Positions 62,354 to 64,000 of a DNA stretch of 64,000 bases are shown one piece after another. The DNA comes from an uncultured Clostridia bacterium. Its GTDB lineage: Bacteria; Bacillota; Clostridia; Christensenellales; UBA1242. The notes under the pieces are model-generated. The model did no database searches. It was not told the origin of the DNA and saw only the letters and a program-made list of their open reading frames with translations. The stretch covers positions 136,635 through 200,634 of the forward strand of contig CALWJZ010000001.1 in assembly GCA_944381145.1 (NCBI GenBank), given 5' to 3'. A program made the position numbers and the translations under genes. The stretch's first letter is position 1. Every line of letters begins with the position of its first letter.

Positions 62354-62842
62354 TTAAATTTGTATATTTATAATTTTATTTTTAGATTCAAATTTAGTAT
62401 ATTTTACACCACATTCATCAAATAATTTCTTTGATACTATGTTTCCATCAGTCCCATCATATTTATCAGATAAATAAATTACCTGCTTAATTCCTGTTTG
62501 TATAATAGCCTTTGCACATTCATTACAAGGAAATAAATCAACATAAATTTTTGCACCTTCAAGATCTTTTTTTGACCCTCTGAAATTCAAAATAGTATTC
62601 AATTCAGCATGGCAAACATACATATATTTAGTATTCAAAGGATTACCTTCTCTTTTCCAAGGAAAAACTTTATCATCAAAACCATTAGGAGCACCATTGT
62701 AACCACAACAAAGAATTCTATTGTCATTAGATACTATACAAGCACCAACCTGAGTATTTGGATCTTTACTTCTTTTTGCTGATAAAATTGCAATAGCCAT
62801 AAAATATTCATCCCAACTTAAATAATCTTTTCTTTCATCCAT
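62354..62842 (-). CDS. dCMP deaminase (ComEB-like)
   Basis: SWDEYFM, RSKDPNTQVGACIV, GYNG, HAELN, PCNEC. Confidence 0.93.
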   Translation of the reverse strand: MDERKDYLSWDEYFMAIAILSAKRSKDPNTQVGACIVSNDNRILCCGYNGAPNGFDDKVFPWKREGNPLNTKYMYVCHAELNTILNFRGSKKDLEGAKIYVDLFPCNECAKAIIQTGIKQVIYLSDKYDGTDGNIVSKKLFDECGVKYTKFESKNKIINIQI

Positions 62843-62937
62843 ATATATCACCTTCCATATTTTGTTAATTGTAACATAAATACAAAAATATTAAAAGAAA
62901 AATATTATTAATTTAAAATCAAATTAACTCATATTGT

Positions 62938-63235
62938 TCTATCAAGCGTCACAGGTACACTCCCGTACCAGTCATGACTTTAGTCATGTGGAGACTTTGT
63001 CTCCTTTCAAGTCTGGGCACAAAAAAAAAGAACCTGTTGGTTCTTTTTTGGTGCTGGTGACCATGACTTGGTGCAGAAAGTGTATTACACTTTCAAATTA
63101 GCGCAGATAGTCTCTATCAAGCGTCACAGGTACACTCCGTGCCAGTCATGACTTTAGTCATGTGGAGACTTTGTCTCCTTTCAAGTCTGGGCACAAAAAA
63201 AAAACCTGTTGGTTCTTTTTTGGTGCTGGTGACCA
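62938..63235. repeat. Tandem direct repeat (~125 bp, period ~175 bp) containing the tRNA-Leu 3' end, its terminator and multiple short hairpins
   Basis: Copies at 62938-63063 and 63113-63235 differ only at a few positions (tcccgtacc vs tccgtgcc; A-run plus g). Confidence 0.92.
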
Positions 63236-63307
63236 GACTTGAACTGGTACGGTTGTTACACCGCAGGATTTTAAGTCCTGTGCGTCTGCCGATTCCGCCA
63301 CACCAGC
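63221..63307 (-). tRNA. tRNA-Leu (TAA), CCA encoded
   Basis: GCTGGTG acceptor stem, CAGGA-CTTAAAA-TCCTG anticodon arm, long variable arm, TTCAAGT T-loop. Confidence 0.96.
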
Positions 63308-63333
63308 ATAACTTGTCCAAATTTACAAATAAA

Positions 63334-63408
63334 TGGAGGCACCTCTCAGATTCGAACTGAGGCATGAGGGTTTTGCAGACCCGGGCCTTACCACTTGGCT
63401 AAGGTGCC
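63334..63408 (-). tRNA. tRNA-Cys (GCA), CCA encoded
   Basis: GGCACCT acceptor stem, GGGT-CTGCAAA-ACCC anticodon arm, GTTCGAAT T-loop. Confidence 0.96.
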
Positions 63409-63427
63409 ACTAAATTCAGACAAAAGC

Positions 63428-63456
63428 ATTATAACACATAACTTATTATTAGTAAA
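63428..63456 (-). promoter_or_regulatory. SigmaA promoter of tRNA-Cys/tRNA-Leu
   Basis: TTTACT-N17-TATAAT with extended TG. Confidence 0.75.
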
Positions 63457-63593
63457 GTGTTTCAATGAAAATTCTCATAAAAATTAACTAAAATAATTTT
63501 TATAAGAATAATATTATTTATGAAATAAAAATATAAAATGTTCAACTACAAAGTTAAAATAATATAGATATATGAAATATGTAAAAAATGAAT

Positions 63594-64000
63594 TTACTTA
63601 ATTTTTGCGTTGTTATATTGTTTATTAAATAATGGTAATAACTCCGATTCAACTAAAGGTTTCATATCCATAGGCATCTCTGCATTATCTATACAAATCA
63701 AAGTAATATTTTTAAAATCATCAAAATATTTTGCAATATACATTGTGTTTACTATTTGATTAATAGCTTTGGCATTAAATTTTTCAAAAGAATAGAATCC
63801 TTCAATTGCTACATTTGACATTCTTATAAATTCGTTGAAATTATAAATAATTATTACATTTGGCTTATTATTCTCAAATTCTCTTTTGGTCCTTTCAATA
63901 ACCAAATTTACTGTTTCTACTGTTTCAATTTCAGTTTTATTAAAAGGTATATTTATAATTTCCATTTTTTGATGAGATTCAAAAATTTCTTCAGGACGTG
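63594..64000 (-). CDS. C-terminal part of a degenerate Rho-like protein (5' end outside window)
   Basis: Frame is open to the window edge: xRPEEIFESHQKMEII...VNLVIERTKREFENNKPNVIIIYNF aligns by eye to Rho ERPEE...[25 protein letters not shown]. Confidence 0.55.
   Translation of the reverse strand, partial: RPEEIFESHQKMEIINIPFNKTEIETVETVNLVIERTKREFENNKPNVIIIYNFNEFIRMSNVAIEGFYSFEKFNAKAINQIVNTMYIAKYFDDFKNITLICIDNAEMPMDMKPLVESELLPLFNKQYNNAKIK

Noticed and set aside
62938-63235. Repeat as a CRISPR array or as attL/attR of a prophage
   Set aside because: Only two long copies with no spacer series or cas genes; the sequence between the duplicated tRNA ends is about 160 bp with no integrase or cargo
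63117-63365. ORFs 63117-63365 (-) and 63139-63360 (+)
   Set aside because: They overlap tRNA-Leu and tRNA-Cys and arise from the higher GC of the tRNAs and the repeat

Overview
Very AT-rich window from a spore-forming Clostridia-like Firmicute chromosome. It is almost entirely core housekeeping genes on the minus strand; only glpK and an adjacent alpha/beta hydrolase are on the plus strand. Contents in order: recJ (partial), secF, secD, yajC, tgt, queA, ruvBAC, yebC, trmH, rplT-rpmI-infC (AUU start, L20 leader), spoIVB, recN, argR (ARG boxes), proS, xseBA, nusB, asp23, the complete spoIIIAA-AH operon, an endonuclease IV-like gene, truB, rbfA, infB, nusA, rimP, a polymerase-less PolC-like exonuclease, rseP, cdsA, frr, tsf, rpsB, ruvX, iscS with a degenerate IscU, trxA, tcdA, hisS, helD, hslUV, trmFO, topA, dprA, comM, thrS (T-box), a glycerol/lipid utilisation module, dCMP deaminase, tRNA-Leu and tRNA-Cys, and the 3' part of a degenerate Rho-like gene. 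I saw no CRISPR array, integrase, transposase or phage gene. The most unusual signals: (1) intact ORFs for core machines that appear to have lost catalytic parts (PolC without PHP/polymerase, SecD/SecF without proton-relay residues, IscU without 2 of 3 Cys ligands, Rho without catalytic residues); (2) many genes missing from conserved Clostridia gene clusters (isoprenoid/MEP genes, pyrH, scfAB, xerC/codY, spo0A, ribF), suggesting a reduced, host-dependent lineage; (3) a hairpin-rich tandem repeat that duplicates the tRNA-Leu 3' end. All family calls come from motif recognition by eye; no database search was run.
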